From contig JBIKSQ010000002.1 in NCBI GenBank assembly GCA_044348555.1, forward strand, positions 1-32,662: 32,662 nt of DNA. The letters are read 5' to 3'. Positions 9,329 to 16,166 of the stretch are shown here, one piece after another. This stretch comes from Candidatus Nanopelagicales bacterium. Its GTDB lineage: Bacteria; Actinomycetota; Actinomycetes; S36-B12; UBA5976. The notes below the pieces were generated by a model. That model ran no database searches. It had not been told where the DNA came from and was given only the letters and a program-made list of their open reading frames with translations. Positions within the stretch are counted from its first letter, which is position 1. Every line of letters begins with the position of its first letter. A program made the translations under genes and the position numbers.

Positions 9329-9344
9329 CTAGGGAAAACCCTAG
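9329..9344. promoter_or_regulatory. Palindrome CTAGGG-AAAA-CCCTAG inside a conserved block upstream of paralog 1
   Basis: Perfect inverted repeat ctagggaaaaccctag. The block aactagGgaaaaccctagtTaTtccattaactAcctac recurs upstream of paralog 3 (11435-11470) with 4 substitutions. Confidence 0.3.
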
Positions 9345-9379
9345 TTATTCCATTAACTACCTACTTAAGCAACAAACTA

Positions 9380-9420
9380 GAATCATCCGCATCACATAAT
9401 GTGAATCGGGTGATTCTTTA
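9380..9420 (+). terminator. Candidate rho-independent terminator after the NfeD-SPFH pair
   Basis: gaatcatccg (9380-9389) pairs with cgggtgattc (9407-9416): 10 bp with one G.U. The inner cac/gtg pairing extends the hairpin, and tttatta follows. Confidence 0.5.
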
Positions 9421-9450
9421 TTACCGACTTAAAACTTAGAAAGTTGCGTT

Positions 9451-10422
9451 ATGAACTCAAAACTTCGTTCCAGCCTAATCGGCCTATCGGCACTTGCCTT
9501 GGTTCTTACCGGCACTCTTTATGCCCCGAGCCAGGCTGCTAAGAAATTGCCTAGCAACGTAAGTCACACCATACAGCTCGATGGATCTTCGAACTCGAAG
9601 TTAAATGCCACCCAAATCGCATCCTTCAGAAAAAAACTAGTGAACGCTTCTCACCTGACCAAGATTGATTGCGTAATCCGCCATGCTGCAAGCATTTCAA
9701 GCGGTAATCTGGCAAAGGTAACAAGAGCAGGGCAGACTGCTTGCCAGTCAGCCCGAAAAGCCAATCCCAATTTGCAAATTTGGGACATAAGTTTTAGTGA
9801 AAGCTCACGACTCAAAGGCACCAAGTTCAATCTGGCATTGAGTGTGTACGCCCCAAGAACGGTTTCGTTTCAAAATACAAACGAAAGAGAAGTTGAACTT
9901 CCTTCAAATTCTAGAGTCTTGAGTTTCAATGGCTCGTACTTGATTCCAGATGCTCCATCAACAGATGTCGCTCATGTGGAATTTCTACATTGGAATTCCC
10001 AGCCAGATGGGAGCGGCACAATTTATCTGCCTGGCGAAACAACCAGAATAAAGCACGCGCTTACTTTGTACCCATATTACGAAGGCCACACCATTAATTT
10101 CAATCTAGTTTCATTGAACACGTCGGTAGGAAGTAACTATCAACTTCTCTACTGGTCAACAAGTAACAGCTACCTGATACCAGTTCTCTCAGCATCGACG
10201 TCTTTTCAGGCTTCAACTGATGAAAATGAGATGATAGTCAATCTCCCTGGAATAATGACTAATACAACAGGTTTTCTTGCCATGCCGGGAATTAACGTCA
10301 GCTGGATTGGAGCTGGGACTTGCCCAATGATCGGTGCTGTGGCAGATGCATGCACAACTTTCAAAATCACCTACACGACAAGTGGAACCGTCACTTTCAA
10401 TTTTGAAGGTTACGTTTCTTAA
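9451..10422 (+). CDS. Secreted protein of unknown function, tandem paralog 1 of 3 (Cys-pair N-domain, Listeria/Bacteroides Flg_new-like repeat, Cys-pair C-domain)
   Basis: Signal peptide MNSKLRSSLIGLSALALVLTGTLYAPSQA|AKKLP. Four conserved Cys in two pairs. The central segment RTVSF...FLHWNSQPDGSGTIYLPGETTRIKHALTLYPYY resembles the tVtF..F.GW....dG..y......v....tLYa.w pattern of InlB B-repeat/Flg_new domains. Alignable along its full length with 10452..11420 and 11521..12501. Confidence 0.8.
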   Translation: MNSKLRSSLIGLSALALVLTGTLYAPSQAAKKLPSNVSHTIQLDGSSNSKLNATQIASFRKKLVNASHLTKIDCVIRHAASISSGNLAKVTRAGQTACQSARKANPNLQIWDISFSESSRLKGTKFNLALSVYAPRTVSFQNTNEREVELPSNSRVLSFNGSYLIPDAPSTDVAHVEFLHWNSQPDGSGTIYLPGETTRIKHALTLYPYYEGHTINFNLVSLNTSVGSNYQLLYWSTSNSYLIPVLSASTSFQASTDENEMIVNLPGIMTNTTGFLAMPGINVSWIGAGTCPMIGAVADACTTFKITYTTSGTVTFNFEGYVS

Positions 10423-10451
10423 ATCCTACAAAGTTCTTAGAAGGTTGCGTT

Positions 10452-11420
10452 ATGAATAAGAAGCTTCGTGCCAGCCTGGTCGGTTTGTCGGCACTTGCCT
10501 TAGTTTTTGCCAGCAGTTTGTATGTCCCAAGTCAAGCTGCAAAAAGATTACCGGTCAGCCTTAGCCAAAGCGTTGAATTGAGTGCCACTTCAAATTCGAA
10601 ACTCAAGCCAACCCAAATAGCGGCTTTCAAAAAGAAGATTGCCAAAGGTTCACATCTAACTTTGTTCCAGTGCGCAGTTAAACATGCTGAAGACATATCT
10701 GAGACAAACTTGGCAAAGGTAACTAAAGCAGCTCGAACGGCATGCCAGTCAGCTCGAGCAGTTACGAAAAATCTCAAGAATGTGGGTTACGAATACTACG
10801 AGGATTCAAAATACACAGGTACAAAGTTCAAACTTGAAATCTACGTATTTGGTCCAAGGATCGTTTCCTTCAATCACGTAGGCCTCAATATTTCCCTACC
10901 CGCAAATTCAAAGATCCTAAAATTCAATGCCTCATATCTAACTCCACCAGCTCCGACTGGAGTAGTAACTGCGGCTTCATTTATGAGTTGGAATACTCGA
11001 ATGGACGGCACTGGAATTGACTACCAACCTGGCCAGAGGATCAAAGTCAAGCATCAGCTTGATTTATATCCAAAGTATGTTGGGCACACACTCAACTTCA
11101 ACATCGTTTCGTTAGACACAGCGTCTGGGAGCAACTACCAGATTCTTTACCACAATGTAATGGAATTCGATTTACAGCCAGTATTTTCCAAGTCAGTGCA
11201 AATTTTTGTTCCAACTGACGAGAGTATGTTGGTGATGTATGTACCCGGTATATCAGCCAACACGTCAGCCTTCTCAGTGACTCAGGGACTAAGTGTTAAC
11301 CTCGCAGGAACTGGGTTTTGTGGCGCAATCGCATCTGTAGAAATGGAATGTTCAATTTTTGAGATTACATTCTCTAACAGCGGAACGATTACCTACGACC
11401 ACAACAATTACGATTCATAA
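10452..11420 (+). CDS. Secreted protein of unknown function, tandem paralog 2 of 3
   Basis: Signal peptide MNKKLRASLVGLSALALVFASSLYVPSQA|AKRLP. Same four Cys and same domain order; FMSWNTRMDGTGIDYQPGQRIKVKHQLDLYPKY. Only 29 nt separate it from paralog 1, and it carries the conserved 16-nt leader cttagaaggttgcgtt. Confidence 0.8.
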   Translation: MNKKLRASLVGLSALALVFASSLYVPSQAAKRLPVSLSQSVELSATSNSKLKPTQIAAFKKKIAKGSHLTLFQCAVKHAEDISETNLAKVTKAARTACQSARAVTKNLKNVGYEYYEDSKYTGTKFKLEIYVFGPRIVSFNHVGLNISLPANSKILKFNASYLTPPAPTGVVTAASFMSWNTRMDGTGIDYQPGQRIKVKHQLDLYPKYVGHTLNFNIVSLDTASGSNYQILYHNVMEFDLQPVFSKSVQIFVPTDESMLVMYVPGISANTSAFSVTQGLSVNLAGTGFCGAIASVEMECSIFEITFSNSGTITYDHNNYDS

Positions 11421-11436
11421 ATACCTCAACCCCTAA

Positions 11437-11452
11437 CTAGAGAAAACCCTAG
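11437..11452. promoter_or_regulatory. Imperfect copy of the CTAGGG-AAAA-CCCTAG element upstream of paralog 3
   Basis: ctagagaaaaccctag, embedded in the same conserved block as 9329-9344. Confidence 0.25.
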
Positions 11453-11520
11453 TAAATCCATTAACTCCCTACTGGGGAGCAAGATAGAATCATTGAGTTA
11501 AACACTTAGAAAGTTGCGTT

Positions 11521-12501
11521 ATGAATAAGAAGCTTCGTACCAGCCTGGTTGGTTTTTCGGCACTTGCCTTAGTTCTTGCAGGCACTCTGTACGCCCCAAG
11601 TCAAGCTGCAAAGAAACTGCCCTCGAACATAAAACACACCATCCAGCTCGATGCATCTTCAAAGTCGAAGTTAAATGCCACCCAAGTCGCATCCTTCAGA
11701 AAAAAAATAGTGAACGCTTCTCACCTGACCAAGGTTGATTGCGTAATCCTCCACGCTGAAAGCATGTCAAGTGGGAATCTGGCAAAGGTAACAAGAGCAG
11801 CTCAGACTGCTTGCCAGTCAGCCCGAAAAGCCAATCCCAATTTGAAACTTGAAGACATAAGCTTTCGTGGAAGCTCACGCATCAAAGGCACAAAGTTCAA
11901 TCTGGAATTAAAGGTGTACGCTGCAAGAACTGTTTCCTTTAAAAAGGCTTTAGGAATCAACACACCGCTACCAAAAAAATCCAAGATTTTGAAATTTAAT
12001 GCAAAATACGAATTACCCGATGGGCCATCCACATTTGTTGCTGGTGGATCTTTCGTGGGCTGGAATACGCAAGCCGATGGACGCGGTGTTGACTACCAAG
12101 CCGGCCAAACCATCAGAGTCAAACATGCAATCCAGCTACACCCTAAGTACGTTGGCCACACAATCAACTTCAATATAGTTTCGCTAGATACTAACTTTGG
12201 TAGTAACTATCAACTGTTGTACTACGCGCCTGGTGACAATAATTACCAGCGCCCAGTTTTTTCAACCTCTCAACCCGCATTTGTCACAAGTGATGTCAAT
12301 GTAATGATTCTGTATGTTCCTGGTGCTGTATTTAATACGTCAGGCTTTACATTGACGGATGGTATGAGTGTCACCTTAACTGGGGCTAACGGCGGTTCTT
12401 GCCCAGATATTTCCTCGGTAGATACTCAATGCACAGAGTTCACCATTACCTACCTGTTCAGCGGAACCGTCACTTTTGATTACCAAAACTCTATTCAATA
12501 G
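11521..12501 (+). CDS. Secreted protein of unknown function, tandem paralog 3 of 3
   Basis: Signal peptide MNKKLRTSLVGFSALALVLAGTLYAPSQA|AKKLP. The N-domain is nearly identical to paralog 1, including a 42-nt identical run (11803-11844 = 9733-9774). The C-terminal half is strongly diverged. Confidence 0.8.
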   Translation: MNKKLRTSLVGFSALALVLAGTLYAPSQAAKKLPSNIKHTIQLDASSKSKLNATQVASFRKKIVNASHLTKVDCVILHAESMSSGNLAKVTRAAQTACQSARKANPNLKLEDISFRGSSRIKGTKFNLELKVYAARTVSFKKALGINTPLPKKSKILKFNAKYELPDGPSTFVAGGSFVGWNTQADGRGVDYQAGQTIRVKHAIQLHPKYVGHTINFNIVSLDTNFGSNYQLLYYAPGDNNYQRPVFSTSQPAFVTSDVNVMILYVPGAVFNTSGFTLTDGMSVTLTGANGGSCPDISSVDTQCTEFTITYLFSGTVTFDYQNSIQ

Positions 12502-12510
12502 AGTCGATCC

Positions 12511-13137
12511 ATGAAAAATATCGAAGTGTGGATGGACGTAGTCTGCCCATGGAGTCGACTGGCTTTGATTGAGCTTGATCGCACTATCGCTGAAAACAAC
12601 ATTCCAGCGAGAGTGCGGTTACGCAATTTTCGGATTGACCCTGAAGCATCGTCAAACGACTATGGTCAAACGACAATTGAACATCTGTGTTTTACACTAA
12701 ACATAACGCCCGATAAAGCTTTCGCCATTCTAGAAGGCGTGATCAATGCTGGCACCGAGCAAGGTGTAACTTTCAATTTCGAAACGGCACGTGGCGGAAA
12801 CACTCTTGATTCGCACCGGCTCATTCAAGTCGCTAACAAATACTCACTGTCCATTCCAGTTGCCCTAGCAATTTCGAAAGCCCACTTCGAAGATGGAAAA
12901 CTGCCTGGGGAACTCGGCCTGCTAGTCGAAATCGCCAGACAGGTTGGCTTACCTGAGGATGCGATCCAAAAGTTTGAAACCATAAACTCTTACAACGATG
13001 AAGTTCTCGCGGATGAAGAGTTGGCTAGTGAGTTAAACATTGAATCAAGGCCAACCATTTTCATCAACGGTGAATTGGCGTTTGTTGGACTACCCAAACA
13101 GACCGAACTTCTTGCAGTATTAACAAGAGAACTCTAG
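12511..13137 (+). CDS. DsbA/FrnE-like thioredoxin-fold protein (2-hydroxychromene-2-carboxylate isomerase family) with a CPWS site
   Basis: N-terminal IEVWMDVVCPWS aligns with the DVVCPWC motif of the FrnE/DsbA-like family. C-terminal RPTIFINGELAFVG corresponds to the cis-Pro region. No signal peptide. Starts 9 nt after paralog 3. Confidence 0.7.
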   Translation: MKNIEVWMDVVCPWSRLALIELDRTIAENNIPARVRLRNFRIDPEASSNDYGQTTIEHLCFTLNITPDKAFAILEGVINAGTEQGVTFNFETARGGNTLDSHRLIQVANKYSLSIPVALAISKAHFEDGKLPGELGLLVEIARQVGLPEDAIQKFETINSYNDEVLADEELASELNIESRPTIFINGELAFVGLPKQTELLAVLTREL

Positions 13138-13156
13138 TTTTGAAAACAAGTCAAAA

Positions 13157-13615
13157 CTAAACAGTTACGTAGACAAAACCTTTTTTCACCGAAGTTTGGT
13201 AGGTTCTTAACGCACTAGATGCAGGGCCCTTTGTTACTTGTCCAGTAGTTGCGTTAAAAGTTGAACCATGTGCAGTACACACGACATTTGTGCCACTCAT
13301 GCTGCTCATCCGAACACCTTCGTGTGTGCAGGAACCACTGAAAGCTTTGAAGGTACCTTTTCGTGGCTGAGTGATGATTATGTATTGGCCATTAAGCGTG
13401 TAGGCCTTAACTCCACGAACCGGGATTGCACTGGTGCGGGCAGCCTTCACTCGTTTGCTAGCAGCGAGTGCCACTTCAGATTGAGCACTGAGCCCAAGTG
13501 CCGCAAGTCCAGCAGCTGCGAACTTAAAAACCTGTCGACGAGTCACACTTTGCTGTAGTGGCTCGTAGTTACTGCGATCTGGTTGAGGGCAACCATTCCC
13601 TGCTGTGTTTTCCAT
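13157..13615 (-). CDS. Tat-exported small Rieske [2Fe-2S] protein
   Basis: Twin-arginine motif TRRQVFKF followed by AAAGLAALGL. Rieske ligand boxes CTHEG and CTAHGSTF, with the downstream GQVTKGPA motif. Confidence 0.85.
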   Translation of the reverse strand: MENTAGNGCPQPDRSNYEPLQQSVTRRQVFKFAAAGLAALGLSAQSEVALAASKRVKAARTSAIPVRGVKAYTLNGQYIIITQPRKGTFKAFSGSCTHEGVRMSSMSGTNVVCTAHGSTFNATTGQVTKGPASSALRTYQTSVKKGFVYVTV

Positions 13616-13674
13616 GAAGGCACAGTATTCAGATTTCAGGATTTACGCCACGCCTAAATTGGTAGTCTTTGTAC

Positions 13675-15846
13675 ATGAGGACTCGGAGCATCAGTGCATC
13701 TATAGCAATTTTGATGCTTGCGGCAGGAAGTCTCTCTCAAATCTCATCACCCGCTGTGGCTGCACCTCAATGCCGTTCTGCACCAATACTGAGTGCAACT
13801 CCATCCAATTCCTGGACACCAACTTCTGGGGTTTCAGTCCGGACTTGGAACTTCGCTCAAGGCATTTCACACAACGGGCCCGAAGCCACCCGGGTTTCGG
13901 TAGCAACCGCAAATCTTGAATCATTCGATCTGAAACCAATGCATTCAGGTTTTCCGACGGTGTCCAGCCCATTCACGATGGTCAGTAGATATAACGCCTA
14001 CGCCGCGATTAACACAGACTTTTTTGATCTTAGTTGGCCCGCTTTTGCGTGGGGTCCTGTAGTCACAGATCGAGTTCCTGAATACATGCCACTTGTCTAC
14101 ACAAACGGCGGATGGCAAGCCAGCTGGTTAAAAGTTGTCGGCACGGTTGAAGCGGTTCCCGATAAAGCTGAAGGTTATGTGACATCCGGCTCATTAAAAA
14201 CTTCCTGGAATGAAATTGCTTTAGGTGGATTGAATCTAAAAAGCCTCCCAACAAACACTGCGATTGTTTACGATAAGGACTTTGTTGGGAACACTCCCAA
14301 GGGTGATGCCACTTTGGTTGTCCAAAACGCAGTGGTGATTGAATCTTTTCCAGCCGGTGTCTCCATCCCCGTGCCCAGTGGCGCCAAGGTAATTCAGGCG
14401 GTTGGTCTAGGCGCGACAAAAATCCGCACAGTTGGTGTGCAGCCACGTGCAGAAATAAAAATTGACGGCCCTGTCTCCAAGGGATTCGTTACCAAAGGAA
14501 CCTTGAAAACCGCAAAAGGAAACATTTCAGTTGTTGGAGTAAATCTCTCGTCATTAAAAAATGGTGCCACAATTTTCAACAAAAACTGGAAAGCCCGCAG
14601 CACACCAAAAGGTGCGCTGACCTGGGTCATCGCGAATGAGAAGATTGTTAAAGTGTTTAAGTCTGGCTCAACCGTAAAACCAACTTCGGAAACCACCGTC
14701 GTGCAGTTCCTCAAGCCATCAAAAGCAGCCAAAGCTGTGACACGTGGGGCTGCGACAAAGCTTTCGCATTCTGTGCCAAGTACTGCTCGGGGATACCGAA
14801 CTAGTGGTGACATCAGAGCTGCTGCAGGTGATATTCCAGTCGAAGCAATCAACTTGACGCTTGCGAATCCAAAAAATGCACTTATTTTTGATAGTAACTG
14901 GAAAACAGAAACACCTAAGGGCGCCATAACTTTAAAGATCCAAGACAACTCAATCATTGAGGTCGACTTGGATGGGAATACCTCTCGACCAGCCCCCGGC
15001 CAATACGTAGTTCAAATTCCTGCACGATTGACTGATTTGGCAAGCAACTTTTCAGCAGAAACTTCTGCTGTAATTGAACTGGATTTACCTTCAACCAGAA
15101 TAAATGCGCTAACTAGCACTCTGATTCGAAGTGACAGCAAGCTTGTGGTTGGGAACGACACCATTCCTATAGGCGCAATTAACCACAATCGCATAGCCAG
15201 CGACCAAGCATCTTTATACAATGCAAACTGGCTCAGCAGCAATCAAGATCGGCTAACTCAAGCTGGCCGGAGCAGTGTTGTGATTCGGGATGGGAAAGTT
15301 GCAGCGATCTACCCAACTGGCGCAAACCTTTTCGTGAACGACACTGACACGATTATTCAATTCCCACGTTTGTTCCGTGCTCAAGTAATTGCCTGGGCAG
15401 TTGGTACTCCAGCCACCATCGAACTTTCGGTTGAAAGTAAAAACAAAAAAGACTTAATAAACGCATTCGGCAGAGGCCGACCAAATCTGAACGACGGTGA
15501 AGTGGTCGCTGTGTGCGATCCGAACGACGATGGTGTCCGACCTCGCACATCGATTGGCTGGGATGCGGCTGGCAACGTGTGGCTAATCACTGGATCGCCG
15601 ACTGGCTCAAATTTGGATAACGACGGCTACCGAGACGGTGGTGCGACAGTCATCCAAATGGCGCAGTGGCTTAAGCAGCTTGGTGCAACTGAAGCAGTCT
15701 CATTCGATGGTGGCGGTTCAACCTGGATGATGCGGAATTCGCCGGATGGTCCACGACGGGTGGATATGGCTGACCCTGGTAATAGCAACAACCCATGGAT
15801 TCGCTCAGTGCCAGTCTCGCTTGGGATAGTGGATCGCACTGACTGA
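13675..15846 (+). CDS. Secreted phosphodiester glycosidase (NAGPA/DUF2233-like) protein with amplified internal module
   Basis: The ORF opens at TTG 13669; ATG 13675 gives MRTRSISASIAILMLAAGSLSQISSPAVAAP. N-terminal YAAINTDFFD and C-terminal RPRTSIGWDAAGNVWLITGSP...ATVIQMAQWLKQLGATEAVSFDGGGSTWM are the two halves of the NAGPA-type domain. Confidence 0.7.
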   Translation: MRTRSISASIAILMLAAGSLSQISSPAVAAPQCRSAPILSATPSNSWTPTSGVSVRTWNFAQGISHNGPEATRVSVATANLESFDLKPMHSGFPTVSSPFTMVSRYNAYAAINTDFFDLSWPAFAWGPVVTDRVPEYMPLVYTNGGWQASWLKVVGTVEAVPDKAEGYVTSGSLKTSWNEIALGGLNLKSLPTNTAIVYDKDFVGNTPKGDATLVVQNAVVIESFPAGVSIPVPSGAKVIQAVGLGATKIRTVGVQPRAEIKIDGPVSKGFVTKGTLKTAKGNISVVGVNLSSLKNGATIFNKNWKARSTPKGALTWVIANEKIVKVFKSGSTVKPTSETTVVQFLKPSKAAKAVTRGAATKLSHSVPSTARGYRTSGDIRAAAGDIPVEAINLTLANPKNALIFDSNWKTETPKGAITLKIQDNSIIEVDLDGNTSRPAPGQYVVQIPARLTDLASNFSAETSAVIELDLPSTRINALTSTLIRSDSKLVVGNDTIPIGAINHNRIASDQASLYNANWLSSNQDRLTQAGRSSVVIRDGKVAAIYPTGANLFVNDTDTIIQFPRLFRAQVIAWAVGTPATIELSVESKNKKDLINAFGRGRPNLNDGEVVAVCDPNDDGVRPRTSIGWDAAGNVWLITGSPTGSNLDNDGYRDGGATVIQMAQWLKQLGATEAVSFDGGGSTWMMRNSPDGPRRVDMADPGNSNNPWIRSVPVSLGIVDRTD
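14170..15438 (+). repeat. Four tandem ~100-aa coding repeats inside the phosphodiester-glycosidase-like gene
   Basis: Units start at GYVTSGSLKT, KGFVTKGTLKT, GYRTSGDIRA and STLIRSDSKL. Each contains an N(L/H)..-...-(F/Y)(D/N)(K/S/A)N(W/F) segment, then PKG(D/A)(A/L/I)T... or AGRSSVVIRDGKV, and ends with (V/I)(V/I)Q(A/F/I). Confidence 0.7.
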
Positions 15847-16166
15847 TGTGCGGGTTTTGTGGGCACTCCCAAAATGACAAGGCGCAGTTGCCGGCCGTAT
15901 AAGGGCGACTCCCAAAACTCAAAATAGTACAAAAGGTTCATACCCATACTTAAAGGCCTTTAAGGTCGTCTGCGCACCCATTCTCCGAGCCTTAATTCCT
16001 GATGAATAATTGCGTAACAATTTGGTACCGTCTTTGAATTTCAACTTGAAATCGCTTTCACAGACTACTTACGGTTCTCCCACGTGTGTGCGCACGGATA
16101 TCGGTGAACGCAATTTCTGGATGCGCCCGCATTCGGATGTTCGCCACATTCTGTGGAAGGAACACA

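Noticed and set aside
9650-9660. A7/A8 homopolymer tracts in paralogs 1 and 3 (around 9650-9656 and around 11700-11707), considered as possible slipped-strand phase-variation switches.
   Set aside because: The tracts are short, both copies are in frame, they simply encode the conserved RKK motif, and paralog 2 lacks the tract.
9451-12501. A diversity-generating retroelement (DGR) or cassette-switching mechanism for the diverged C-domains of the paralogs.
   Set aside because: There is no reverse transcriptase, no template/variable repeat pair with adenine-specific differences, and no recombinase anywhere in the window.
13137-13157. An AT-rich hairpin gttttga-aaacaag-tcaaaac between the convergent DsbA-like and Rieske genes, considered as a terminator.
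   Set aside because: The stem is only 7 bp and almost all A/T, and it overlaps both stop codons. It is too weak to call.
15846-15902. An 18-codon ORF, MCGFCGHSQNDKAQLPAV, whose ATG overlaps the glycosidase stop (TGATG).
   Set aside because: The overlap and CxxC motif are suggestive, but the ORF is very short. It has no separate SD, and I have no conservation evidence, so chance is the simpler explanation. It would be worth checking only if conserved in relatives.
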